Below are positions 18,347 to 27,190 of a DNA stretch of 64,000 nt, piece after piece. Each line of letters starts with the position of its first letter. The stretch's first letter is position 1. The DNA lies in IMG/VR virus record IMGVR_UViG_3300042542_003367, positions 1,028 to 65,027 of that record. One strand, 5' to 3'. The stretch comes from a virus. Its lineage: Duplodnaviria; Caudoviricetes. The notes beneath the pieces were generated by a model. It saw nothing but the letters and a program-made list of their open reading frames with translations, was not told where the DNA came from and did not search any database. The position numbers were made by a program, and so were the translations under genes.

Positions 18347-19673
18347 CCTGCTTCTCCATATATTCTTCCTTGCTTCCTTCGTATACCTTGCCATCTTCCA
18401 TAATAACTGTGGTAAATTTATCAACACCGACGCGCTCTTCAAAGACCTGTGCGTCGTACTGCTCTACGATGTCTTTAATCGCCAGCATACTCTTCTTATC
18501 AAGGAACGCACCGTCACGGATGAGAATAACGCGCAGTGCCGGATTCTGTGCGAAGCCGATAGCTACCGCTATTTTTAACTGCAATGCAGATGATAATTCG
18601 GTGAATGGTATACCACCGACTTCCAGACAATCGCCGGACTCTGAAAATGTTACACCATCGACAGGGAACTTCGCATTGGCTATCTGCTCTTTCTTTGTGC
18701 GGTCGATTTCTGCGAGTCGCTGTGTCATCTTTTCGTGTTCCGCGAACATCACCTTGTATTCCGCTATTTTTTCAGACCGGAACGCGTTCTCGCGCACCTT
18801 AACATTCAGTTCCGCTATATCCTGCATACGCTGGCGCAGTGCGGATGTGTCAAGGTCAACAAGAACATCAACGGTTGCCTGACGAGCCTGTATATCTTTA
18901 GCAATATCCTCGCGTTCCTGCATCTGCTGGCTCAACATATCTTCCGCATTCTTTAGCTGTTCTTTCAGTACTCTGATACGTTCTGCCGTGTTAGTAATGC
19001 TATTGTTTACATGTACATGCTTCTGCTGTACATTAGCTAACTGTGTGCGTTGCAGTTCGTTATCTCTGTTCACCGCATTCAGCTTCTCCATCTCATCCAT
19101 AATTTCATCTGTGGTCATCTCCGTTGCCGGAATGCCCTGATGTTTCGGCATCGCTTCAATCTGCGCTCTCAGCTTATTCGCGGATACTGTCAGCGGTGTC
19201 CGGTTATCGTACAGACGCTTATATTCAGTGTCCAGTGCTTCAAAGTCAAGACCTAATAAAGCACGGAATAACTCCACCTGCTCTTTCGGTTTCATGCGAA
19301 TGAACTTAACAGGGTCGAACGCGAGGTCGCCGATAATGGTCGGCAGGAATTCTGACGGCAATATAGGATTACCCATACCGTCATGGATTTTCAGTTCTGT
19401 CTTTACCGCGCCCTTTTTGTCTGTGCGGATAGTGCGGGTAATGACATGACCGGATGACAGCTTAACTGTTGTGGAGCCTTTCTCTGCTTTACCATGCAAT
19501 GGCTTAACTGGCAGGTTACGGGCATCAGACAGCGTACATTCAACGGCTTTTAAGAAACTGGATTTACCAGCACCGTTCTCACCGCCCAACACTACCACAC
19601 CATCATCGCCGACTTCAACGGTCGCTTCGGACACCCGCAAAAAGTTGCTGATGTCTACCTGTGTGATTTTCAT
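18336..19673 (-). CDS. SMC/SbcC/RecF-like ABC ATPase with coiled coil
   Basis: GENGAGKSS Walker A, long coiled coil, LSSA signature, ILIRDGAFLD Walker B-like. Confidence 0.85.
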   Translation of the reverse strand: MKITQVDISNFLRVSEATVEVGDDGVVVLGGENGAGKSSFLKAVECTLSDARNLPVKPLHGKAEKGSTTVKLSSGHVITRTIRTDKKGAVKTELKIHDGMGNPILPSEFLPTIIGDLAFDPVKFIRMKPKEQVELFRALLGLDFEALDTEYKRLYDNRTPLTVSANKLRAQIEAMPKHQGIPATEMTTDEIMDEMEKLNAVNRDNELQRTQLANVQQKHVHVNNSITNTAERIRVLKEQLKNAEDMLSQQMQEREDIAKDIQARQATVDVLVDLDTSALRQRMQDIAELNVKVRENAFRSEKIAEYKVMFAEHEKMTQRLAEIDRTKKEQIANAKFPVDGVTFSESGDCLEVGGIPFTELSSALQLKIAVAIGFAQNPALRVILIRDGAFLDKKSMLAIKDIVEQYDAQVFEERVGVDKFTTVIMEDGKVYEGSKEEYMEKQDAI

Positions 19674-20143
19674 AATTTCCTCTCTTTTTGTTCTCTGACA
19701 TATAAAACTTTCTCGTGGTCTGGTATTGTATAATCAGTAACGAGAACATTAAAAATCTTACCTCTCATCTGTTCTTTATCAGTGAAAAATCTGATTTCTG
19801 AACCATTCTGTAGCCGGATATAATTATACTTGCTTATCGACATTGTTATCGTATAAGGTATATGCCCTAATAACTCTTTAAAAGCACGTTCTTTGTGGAA
19901 TACGTCTGATATTAACCATCCAGCACAGATATTATCATGATACCTGATAGCCCTGTGTAACAGATACAAATCACTGGCTAACTTTCCTTCATAATAAAAG
20001 TCTTTAAATATACATAACTGTTTGGACATCTCTGCTTTTTCATGTTCTAATATTTCGTTATCAGCAGTCCGCAGATTATACAATTTCTGCCAATCTTTAC
20101 GTGGCTTCGCTAATTCTTCTTCATAACCACTGTCAATATTCAT
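19670..20143 (-). CDS. Hypothetical protein
   Basis: Coupled ORF. Confidence 0.6.
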   Translation of the reverse strand: MNIDSGYEEELAKPRKDWQKLYNLRTADNEILEHEKAEMSKQLCIFKDFYYEGKLASDLYLLHRAIRYHDNICAGWLISDVFHKERAFKELLGHIPYTITMSISKYNYIRLQNGSEIRFFTDKEQMRGKIFNVLVTDYTIPDHEKVLYVREQKERKL

Positions 20144-20602
20144 TTAAAATACCTCTCTTTCGATACGTCCCATTGCGTCCCTGCTTGTCCAGCTTCCTCT
20201 ATGGTCGCATAGTTCCCCTGCTTCGTTGCCATCGCGCAGTCCATAAGGATACACAACATCCTCGCCACCACAGTACGGGCAGTCGACTAACTTAAACACC
20301 GTCACTGTAGTATTATCGTTCTCCAGTTCACAAGGCAGTTCCACATCCCAGATACGGCTGTCGCCTTCTGGGTACCATTGTTCTGTTCCGTTGCCTATCT
20401 GGTATCCCCACAGTTCACCAGCACCTTCTGGAATAATTATGGAGACAGGGTCGTCTATATCGCATGGCTCATAACGGACAGTTATCGTCGCTTCGTCCTG
20501 TGAGTCCTGCGTCAGATACTCTTCGATATGCGACATTAAAGTTTCAATGTTTTCAGGGGAGTATACCTTCCCCAGAAATTCATAACCGTAGATTGTTTTC
20601 AT
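20144..20602 (-). CDS. Hypothetical acidic protein with a Zn-ribbon motif
   Basis: Start at MKTIY after AAGGTGG; CPYC motif. Confidence 0.6.
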   Translation of the reverse strand: MKTIYGYEFLGKVYSPENIETLMSHIEEYLTQDSQDEATITVRYEPCDIDDPVSIIIPEGAGELWGYQIGNGTEQWYPEGDSRIWDVELPCELENDNTTVTVFKLVDCPYCGGEDVVYPYGLRDGNEAGELCDHRGSWTSRDAMGRIEREVF

Positions 20603-20632
20603 CTTACCACCTTTCACCGTTTAGTGTTTAAT

Positions 20633-20707
20633 AAAGAGAGGGTTAAAGGAATCGAACCTTTCATAAAGGTCATGAGTCTTATATGGTCACCGCGACTTCC
20701 CTCTTTT
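20633..20707 (-). tRNA. Degenerate tRNA-like element with CAT at the anticodon position (pseudo-tRNA-Met/Ile2-like)
   Basis: Perfect T-arm AAAGG-TTCGATT-CCTTT; loop CTCATGA; AGAGGG/CCCTCT acceptor-like stem; truncated D-arm GTCG-CGG-TGAC; no CCA. Confidence 0.55.
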
Positions 20708-20996
20708 GGTACTTTATTCTACTATAGGCTGTACCCGCCCGTCAGGTTTACTGCTACGTTTCCTGTGCCGCTGACCTTAGAAATATTATGTATTACCCCT
20801 CATGTCGTGTAAGCAACAACGAGGTTACAGCTTTTTCTTATTCAGCGTTTTCACTGGGACAGCTAATCGCCCAGCAAGGAACTCGGTATACACATCCCAG
20901 TGTAAAATCTTTTAGTTAGCAACTACCTCACAACTTTAGATTTACCATGTGACGGATAGGTTATCACCGCGTTTCCTGCTTACTGTATCACTACAG
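20708..20996 (-). ncRNA. Candidate large structured ncRNA A
   Basis: Starts at the predicted +1 of the 21003 promoter; no minus-strand ORF; helices CTGTA-GTGA-TACAG, CACTGGGAT/GTCCCAGTG, GCTGG-GCGA-TTAGC, GTAAATCT/AGATTTTAC, GCTGTA/TACAGC, GTCAG/CTGAC. Confidence 0.7.
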
Positions 20997-21002
20997 GACT
21001 AT

Positions 21003-21031
21003 ATTATACTAAATTAAATACACTTTGTCAA
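21003..21031 (-). promoter_or_regulatory. Sigma70-type promoter driving the ncRNA
   Basis: TTGACA-17bp-TATAAT. Confidence 0.85.
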
Positions 21032-21050
21032 TACATTTTAAGGATTATTT

Positions 21051-21308
21051 TTAATTATCTGCTAAATCTTCACTCAACAACTCTCGCACATATTGCTTCT
21101 TTATCCATAAATAATAAAACAACTGCACAAGGCATACTGTGGCGTATGCACCAATGGCGATATATAAAATAGGTGGCAACCTCTCTTCCAATATAACGTG
21201 CGGGATATGCGACATAATGAGAATAGCCAACATAAATTTATACTCATTTATCAACGCTGTACGTGCATCCCAAAATTTCTTCTCTAACTTTTGCAATTTC
21301 TCGTTCAC
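21051..21308 (-). CDS. Small membrane protein
   Basis: Two hydrophobic segments; GTGA overlap. Confidence 0.6.
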   Translation of the reverse strand: MNEKLQKLEKKFWDARTALINEYKFMLAILIMSHIPHVILEERLPPILYIAIGAYATVCLVQLFYYLWIKKQYVRELLSEDLADN

Positions 21309-21937
21309 ACTTTCTCTCCCTTACATAAAATCTCGAAGCGGTCGCCCACTATTAAAACAGTCCCGTCCGTAAACATGAATGCCTGTTGAATGTTGCCACC
21401 TACTCTGCTAATCAACGAGCAATCCTCAGCACCAACGATAAAATCTGGATGTTCACCGCCGTAGCAATCTGCTGTCTTGTGGAAACGCGCATAGTCAATG
21501 TATAAGACATTATTCAAACACGCTACCCGCACCAGATTGTCCGTCCTTGTGTAGCGGTCAAAAGTGTACTCAGCTACTATATCCGAACATTGCTCATAAT
21601 CGCGCCAGCCCACATGTTGGGGAGTCCATTCACAGAATGGCATCTTACTCAGTGCCTGTGTCGGTGTGTACGCCTTAAATAGGGTATTGTCTTGCTCTAT
21701 ATGCAAGCTAACCGTACCGCACCCGACCAGACTTTTTAACCATCGGCGCAGGAACTTGACGTGCATATAAGTATGCAATAAAGCTAATCTCTCGCGCCCG
21801 TTGGACTTCAACATCGGCAGTTTGTACATGCGATTATCGTTGAATACTACGAGGTCATTGTCAATGACACCCATGTAAAAGTCATCATCTAAAAAGCATA
21901 CCGCCTGATAAAATTTCTTTTTATTAACTGTTATCAT
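21305..21937 (-). CDS. Hypothetical protein
   Basis: Coupled 210-aa ORF. Confidence 0.65.
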   Translation of the reverse strand: MITVNKKKFYQAVCFLDDDFYMGVIDNDLVVFNDNRMYKLPMLKSNGRERLALLHTYMHVKFLRRWLKSLVGCGTVSLHIEQDNTLFKAYTPTQALSKMPFCEWTPQHVGWRDYEQCSDIVAEYTFDRYTRTDNLVRVACLNNVLYIDYARFHKTADCYGGEHPDFIVGAEDCSLISRVGGNIQQAFMFTDGTVLIVGDRFEILCKGEKV

Positions 21938-22109
21938 TTTCTACCTTTCTTTGTTTGTATTTTGAAAAATATTTCGGATAGGTATTTTCCATGTGTTTTT
22001 TCTCTCGCAACATGAAACCGTCATCCGTAGGATTATTTTTAACATTATCATATTGCCTGAGTATATATTCATATTCTTCTTTCCATTGACGATATGTGTA
22101 TTTCATCAA
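21924..22109 (-). CDS. Small hypothetical protein
   Basis: GGAG RBS; packs with neighbours. Confidence 0.5.
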   Translation of the reverse strand: MMKYTYRQWKEEYEYILRQYDNVKNNPTDDGFMLREKKHMENTYPKYFSKYKQRKVENDNS

Positions 22110-22244
22110 TATTATCTCCCATTTCTTTCATTAAGCACCCATGCTACTAATAACACGCTGTCGCATAGAAACACGTACTCCAGACATATTCTTCCCATCA
22201 TGCCCCATGCGGACACCATAATATACATCAAAATTATTACCCAC

Positions 22245-22553
22245 TTAATTGACATCTTTCCGGCTCCTGTCACGCAGTATCTGTGCGTCGATTGATTTCT
22301 TATCTGACCATTCATGCTCACACACTTCACACGGCAGTCCATCCACCGGACGACATCGCACTATATATAACCTGCCTATTTTCTCTCTCACAGCGTGACG
22401 CTTCGCCTTCCATAAGCATACCGGACACATATACCCTGCCCCGTGAACATACCAGCGCATGGATTTAATGACACCGATAACTACGAACACGGCGATAATA
22501 ACCAGTATAATGATGATGTCTCTGTTACTTAAAATAGCGTTATCTGGATTCAT
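22245..22553 (-). CDS. Membrane-anchored Zn-ribbon protein
   Basis: N-terminal hydrophobic helix, then CPVC...CEVC..W; GAGGAG RBS. Confidence 0.55.
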   Translation of the reverse strand: MNPDNAILSNRDIIIILVIIAVFVVIGVIKSMRWYVHGAGYMCPVCLWKAKRHAVREKIGRLYIVRCRPVDGLPCEVCEHEWSDKKSIDAQILRDRSRKDVN

Positions 22554-22554
22554 A

Positions 22555-22848
22555 TTAAATCTCCTCTCTGGTAGCACTGGCGAAAAATTCGTTCCACATA
22601 TCACGCAACTTGAATATCTCTACTTGCGTTCTCAACTTCTCTTCAACATACGCATAACAACCATTCTGTTGCATGTTTAATAAATCGGCGAAGTCAACCT
22701 CTCTGAAACACAAATAGTTAATAATCGTACCTACCTGTGCGCTCTCTGACCATATCATTTCTTTTTGAATAGTCGAAGTAACAAGTTTAATCAGTCTATT
22801 CTTAAAATCGGAAGAAGTATTAACTCGTCTGACCACTTTAGGCATCAC
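22555..22848 (-). CDS. Hypothetical protein
   Basis: AAGGAG RBS downstream of the 22923 promoter. Confidence 0.6.
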   Translation of the reverse strand: MMPKVVRRVNTSSDFKNRLIKLVTSTIQKEMIWSESAQVGTIINYLCFREVDFADLLNMQQNGCYAYVEEKLRTQVEIFKLRDMWNEFFASATREEI

Positions 22849-22922
22849 CTTTCTCCTTCAAGAGTAAATTAGCGGGGGATTTTCGGAATTATTGCACCGT
22901 GGACTCCCCCTTTGACCTATAT

Positions 22923-22951
22923 ATTATACCATATTGTATTTAATCTGTCAA
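22923..22951 (-). promoter_or_regulatory. Sigma70-type promoter
   Basis: TTGACA-17bp-TATAAT. Confidence 0.8.
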
Positions 22952-23842
22952 GTGTACCTGCGTTCCCAAACTGAACCCGTACACCATCGTCATGGCATAA
23001 CTCATCGCCGTCTCACCCTTTAGCAGTAACGGATAATTATTCACCTGCGCAGGGTCTCCATTATAATAAATATCAATTTTCTCGTTCCCGTTTCTCCATA
23101 AAAACGTCAGCACCCGACACATCAACTCCGGCGACATCGCCACAAACGCAAAATCGTCCAGATACGTGGTTACACTGCACTTACAGGTAATCCGCTCAGA
23201 AACCTGACGCGCTCCCTCATATATTTTCAACATCTCCACTGTGTCAATACCTTTCACGCACTTGTCACCCTTCCGGTTTAAGTGCTTCGATATATCTATA
23301 TAATCCCCCATATCCGCGCCGTCCTGACGATATACGTGTCCTGCCTTATCTTTCATGCTGTCATCCAGTACTATCGACATCTGGATACCGTCTGTGGCTA
23401 TCAGCTTGTCACCATCAGGGTGAACGTACACGCCCTTCAATGATTGACGACCTGCATAGTCCTTGTCCGCCGTCATATCCCATAACGTCTGGACTCTGTT
23501 CGGCTCACCGCGCTTGACCTTTACTGTGGATACTGGCTGGAAATAAAGATTATGCGCGTATGGCATGGTCAACGGCAACTCCAGAGATGTACCAAGTCCG
23601 ATTATCGCATTGAGAAATTCCTCTTTCAACTCCAGAGTACAATTCTCTCCGGTCAAATCGCGGATGAAATAATCGAAAGATACTAACTCTTCTTTCAACC
23701 CCTGCCCCTTCGTCCGCAGGAAGTGATGATACAACTGCACTAACCTGCCCGCATAAATCACCGGATTATAGTACTGTGTACCCATGTGCCGATTAAGGTC
23801 AACTAACTCGTTATACGTTGCATTGATAGCGTCAACTCGCAT
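22940..23842 (-). CDS. Protein with a beta-clamp-like segment
   Basis: RQSLKGVYV...LIATDG resembles the DnaN central-domain motif. Confidence 0.55.
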   Translation of the reverse strand: MRVDAINATYNELVDLNRHMGTQYYNPVIYAGRLVQLYHHFLRTKGQGLKEELVSFDYFIRDLTGENCTLELKEEFLNAIIGLGTSLELPLTMPYAHNLYFQPVSTVKVKRGEPNRVQTLWDMTADKDYAGRQSLKGVYVHPDGDKLIATDGIQMSIVLDDSMKDKAGHVYRQDGADMGDYIDISKHLNRKGDKCVKGIDTVEMLKIYEGARQVSERITCKCSVTTYLDDFAFVAMSPELMCRVLTFLWRNGNEKIDIYYNGDPAQVNNYPLLLKGETAMSYAMTMVYGFSLGTQVHLTD

Positions 23843-24035
23843 CGCCGTTCTCCTTTTTAATGCAGTCAGGACACAACTGTGTCTTTACGTAATTTTTCTG
23901 CTTCTCGCGCCAGCCCTTAGACTTGAACCACCATGACGGTATAAACGCGCCACCATTGCGGAAGTTGACTACAGCCTGAACGTCAGCAAGGCACTTGCAC
24001 CCGTCACACTGGATGACATACATCTGTCTTAACAT
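23832..24035 (-). CDS. Zn-ribbon protein
   Basis: CDGC...GW...LCPDC. Confidence 0.55.
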   Translation of the reverse strand: MLRQMYVIQCDGCKCLADVQAVVNFRNGGAFIPSWWFKSKGWREKQKNYVKTQLCPDCIKKENGDAS

Positions 24036-24379
24036 ATTATCACCTTCACATCGTCCGGCGACCATGCCCGGGCTTCGGCACGGGTAATGTTACCCAGAAA
24101 AAGATACCGCTCACCATAAGGGGCAAACCCGTAATATCGGTAATCAGCGTTCACTTTCGTATCTTTGATAGTATCCTCTTCATCCACCGTAGCGTAGTTA
24201 ATGAAGGACTGTGCGCCTGTGTCTATCCGGTCAAACTCTGTGGCGTAGTGATTGTAAATATCCTCATCAATCTCAAACGCCCGACCCTGCGTATAGTCCA
24301 TGTCGCCCACATGCTTCTTTATCTGGATAGCGTCGTTTAAGCACAACGCGCTGGCTTTCCAATCGTGCATCGTGAACAT
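24029..24379 (-). CDS. Hypothetical protein
   Basis: GAGG RBS; coupled. Confidence 0.6.
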   Translation of the reverse strand: MFTMHDWKASALCLNDAIQIKKHVGDMDYTQGRAFEIDEDIYNHYATEFDRIDTGAQSFINYATVDEEDTIKDTKVNADYRYYGFAPYGERYLFLGNITRAEARAWSPDDVKVIIC

Positions 24380-24380
24380 A

Positions 24381-24605
24381 TCAACCTCGCTTCGCGGGAA
24401 TATTCATTGGCTTAATTTCAGCTATCGAACACTCCATACACCGGATGAACATACCATCGTCAGTCTCGTCCAAACGCTGGTCAAATTCAAGACACTTTTC
24501 AGAGTCGCTACTCAATCCGGGGCAGTTCGGTGCGCATAAACCACCTATCACTCTGGCTTTCTTCTTTATTTGTAGTGTTACTTCTGGCATAATATTAATC
24601 CTCAC
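24381..24605 (-). CDS. Small Cys-rich protein
   Basis: C..NC, C, RCMEC. Confidence 0.5.
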   Translation of the reverse strand: MRINIMPEVTLQIKKKARVIGGLCAPNCPGLSSDSEKCLEFDQRLDETDDGMFIRCMECSIAEIKPMNIPAKRG

Positions 24606-24810
24606 TCATCAGACAATAATCTTTGTCCACATACAGCTTGCGGAACGGCACTACCGATACCCGCTTCCAACCGTCTTTGCCGCGAACCTCGTGGCGCAGG
24701 GATGATGTATTAAACGCGTACCGTGATTTCTGGTCAACGGAATACCACCTGCCCCGCTTTAAAAAATATCCATTGTCTTTCAACCACTTCTCAATCTCTA
24801 ACAAAGTCAT
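24595..24810 (-). CDS. Small basic hypothetical protein
   Basis: Start at MTLLE after GGAAGG. Confidence 0.5.
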   Translation of the reverse strand: MTLLEIEKWLKDNGYFLKRGRWYSVDQKSRYAFNTSSLRHEVRGKDGWKRVSVVPFRKLYVDKDYCLMSED

Positions 24811-24869
24811 CGGACACACACCTTCCGCCGGAGAGCCGTAACTCTCCGGCAAACATAATATCCCGCAGA

Positions 24870-26195
24870 TTAAATCTGCATCGGCATGATTACATGCTTC
24901 TCATCTCCATCCTCAATTAAGATAGGATTCAGACCATCGCAGTCCGCAAACCGGAGTATAACTTTCTCACTGTCAACCATGCTCAACGCGTCCAATAAGA
25001 ACGTATTGTTAATGCCATACCGGAACGGCACTATCTCGTTGTTTTCCAGTTCCGGCACTCTGCTCATGTGTGCCTTCCCTGTTTCAGTGTTAATATTGCG
25101 ATACCACGCAAAATCAAACTGGAAAAATTCAGGTGACATTTTCATCTTAACTGAGCCGTCCGCAGTGCCGATATACTGCTCTTCATCATTCGCGAACATC
25201 ACCATTTTAGAGATGTCAGTGATTTTCAGCACCTTGGTCAACCGCGTCACCATGTCAATGAATATACCACGGTCAGCCTTCATCATATTGTCCCTTTCTG
25301 TGGGGATAACACGGCGGAATGGCGGGTAGTTCGCATCAATCTGCTTCATGGAGATAACAATGTTATCGTAAGCAAACATCACATCGTTCCGGTCGTTTTT
25401 AAACACGCGCACCATGCTTTTACCAAGTTTTAACCGCTTGATAACAATCGCGGGGATAAGCAGATTTTCGGTAACATTCACGTCCTCGAATTGCTCTTCT
25501 TCACGCAGGACAATTTCCCTTCCATTGCCATCACACATTATCTCATCCAACTCGTTCCGCTGGAATATCTTTTTCATGCCCACTTTCTTACTTACTGCAT
25601 TAACTCGCGGGGGCAACTGCTCCCACTGTATCGGCACGGCTATGAGTCTGTGCGTGTCGGTTGCAACGGCGGTTAACGTTCCGGCGGTCTGGTCGGCTTC
25701 AAAGAATACGCCTGTCAGCGCAATGCGTCCTTCATCACTGGATACGTATTTCAGCAGTTTTTTAAACGCACGAGTCAAGCAACAGGCACTCACATTGCCA
25801 AGGTCTTGCGCAGTGGTGTCACGTTCCGGCACGGTAGGAAAGTCAAACGCATCGTTCACCATATCCTTGTTAAGTGTCAGTCTGGTTTCTGCGTCGAACA
25901 TAACAACGCTATCCACACCTTGCTCAAGAGTAATAGTATCACTCTTAAATATTCCCAGAATGGACTCCAGATACGCGACATTAATCGCTGTGAATACTGT
26001 GCCATCGGAGAAGCCGGACAGGTGAGCAGTGACTGCCATTTCAAGGTCTGTACAGACCATTTTGAAGGTGCTGTCATCGGTTGTCTCGATTTTCACTGCT
26101 GATAATATCGGCAGTTTAGTCTGTTTGCTGATAGCGGTCTTTACGACGGCTAAGTTAGTCAGCATGTTTGTTTTTCCGAAAATTAACTTGTTCAT
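24870..26195 (-). CDS. dnaN: DNA polymerase III beta sliding clamp homologue
   Basis: LPILSAVKI, CTDLE, DFP, RIALTGV, VATDTHRL, YPPFRRVIP, FLLDAL, VIMPMQI. Confidence 0.85.
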   Translation of the reverse strand: MNKLIFGKTNMLTNLAVVKTAISKQTKLPILSAVKIETTDDSTFKMVCTDLEMAVTAHLSGFSDGTVFTAINVAYLESILGIFKSDTITLEQGVDSVVMFDAETRLTLNKDMVNDAFDFPTVPERDTTAQDLGNVSACCLTRAFKKLLKYVSSDEGRIALTGVFFEADQTAGTLTAVATDTHRLIAVPIQWEQLPPRVNAVSKKVGMKKIFQRNELDEIMCDGNGREIVLREEEQFEDVNVTENLLIPAIVIKRLKLGKSMVRVFKNDRNDVMFAYDNIVISMKQIDANYPPFRRVIPTERDNMMKADRGIFIDMVTRLTKVLKITDISKMVMFANDEEQYIGTADGSVKMKMSPEFFQFDFAWYRNINTETGKAHMSRVPELENNEIVPFRYGINNTFLLDALSMVDSEKVILRFADCDGLNPILIEDGDEKHVIMPMQI

Positions 26196-26216
26196 GGTTT
26201 CCTCTCTCTTTATTTA

Positions 26217-26525
26217 TTATCGCGCCTGTGCGATAAAGCGGTCAGTCCCGGGGATTTCTATAACAGTGGTATAATCTTTTACATCGTCCAGACTATCCCA
26301 TTCGCGGAACGAGTGCTGGTCGGCAAATTGCTCGAAACTTTCCCATTCGTAAAAGTCACAGGCAATAGCCACAACGTCCAGTTCGGACTCAATATCGCAT
26401 CCTGCGTCACACTCTTCAAGGAACGCAAACAACGCTTGCAGACCTTCGTAAGAAAAATGTTCGCGGTATGACTCTGACCTTCTGAACGAGTCAATAAAAA
26501 GATTCTCTGTGACTGTTATTTTCAT
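26217..26525 (-). CDS. Acidic early phage protein
   Basis: FSYEGLQALFAFLEE...ELDVVAIACDF; many Asp/Glu. Confidence 0.75.
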   Translation of the reverse strand: MKITVTENLFIDSFRRSESYREHFSYEGLQALFAFLEECDAGCDIESELDVVAIACDFYEWESFEQFADQHSFREWDSLDDVKDYTTVIEIPGTDRFIAQAR

Positions 26526-26575
26526 TCTGTACCCCTTCCTGCTATAAGCAGTGTCTCTCTCTTGATTACGTATAT

Positions 26576-26604
26576 ATTATACCATAATCAATACAGTTTG
26601 TCAA
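26576..26604 (-). promoter_or_regulatory. Sigma70-type promoter with leader hairpin
   Basis: TTGACA-17bp-TATAAT; hairpin at 26539-26551. Confidence 0.85.
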
Positions 26605-26610
26605 TACAAT

Positions 26611-27186
26611 TTAAAGATTTTCTAAATCTTTTTCTAAATTAATTATAGTTGCATTAGAGTCCTCGACACGGCGCAAGTAAGTGCGTATCCGGTCTTGGTG
26701 CATTTTTATAGTGGCTTTTATGGCGCACCTTTTGCACAGAAAATTATTCCCGTGAACGTATCGCCATCCCATGCTCTCCAGTGTACCCTGTATCTGCTCG
26801 AATTCCAGACAGCTTTGATTATCCGGCACTGGTATAGACACTTCGGCGTAGCACTCATCTCCGGCGCATTTAATGGTCTCACTGGTCTTGCGTGTGCCGA
26901 GATTCATAAACGTCTCCACATACAGGTAAAAGTCATTGTTCGGCATCACAACATGATATACACGCCCGTCAATCGGCAGTCCTGACTTGCGGATGATACT
27001 TGCATTTTCCACCGGAGTTATTACTGCCTTTTCAGCTTCTGACAGATAGTACTGTTGTAAAAAATCGGGAATATGGTCAAATTCTCCAATCTCCTCGATA
27101 ACTGAATATCTGGTATCGTCATCAACGAAATCTGTCACCACGTCATTTATGCGCACACCGATAGCACGAAATTTATTGTCTGCCAT
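26611..27186 (-). CDS. Hypothetical protein with C-terminal Zn-ribbon
   Basis: C...C...GWRYVH...LCKRC, similar to 7602-8045. Confidence 0.65.
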   Translation of the reverse strand: MADNKFRAIGVRINDVVTDFVDDDTRYSVIEEIGEFDHIPDFLQQYYLSEAEKAVITPVENASIIRKSGLPIDGRVYHVVMPNNDFYLYVETFMNLGTRKTSETIKCAGDECYAEVSIPVPDNQSCLEFEQIQGTLESMGWRYVHGNNFLCKRCAIKATIKMHQDRIRTYLRRVEDSNATIINLEKDLENL

Positions 27187-27190
27187 AATA

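Noticed and set aside
20633-20996. tmRNA or RNase P RNA
   Set aside because: No alanyl acceptor stem with CCA, no tag frame ending in AA, and no GAGGAAAGUCC-type RNase P signature.
20980-21008. Group I intron 3' end (ATATAGTCC plus GNRA hairpin resembling S/P9)
   Set aside because: It overlaps the promoter -10, no upstream P/Q/R elements were found and no gene is interrupted.
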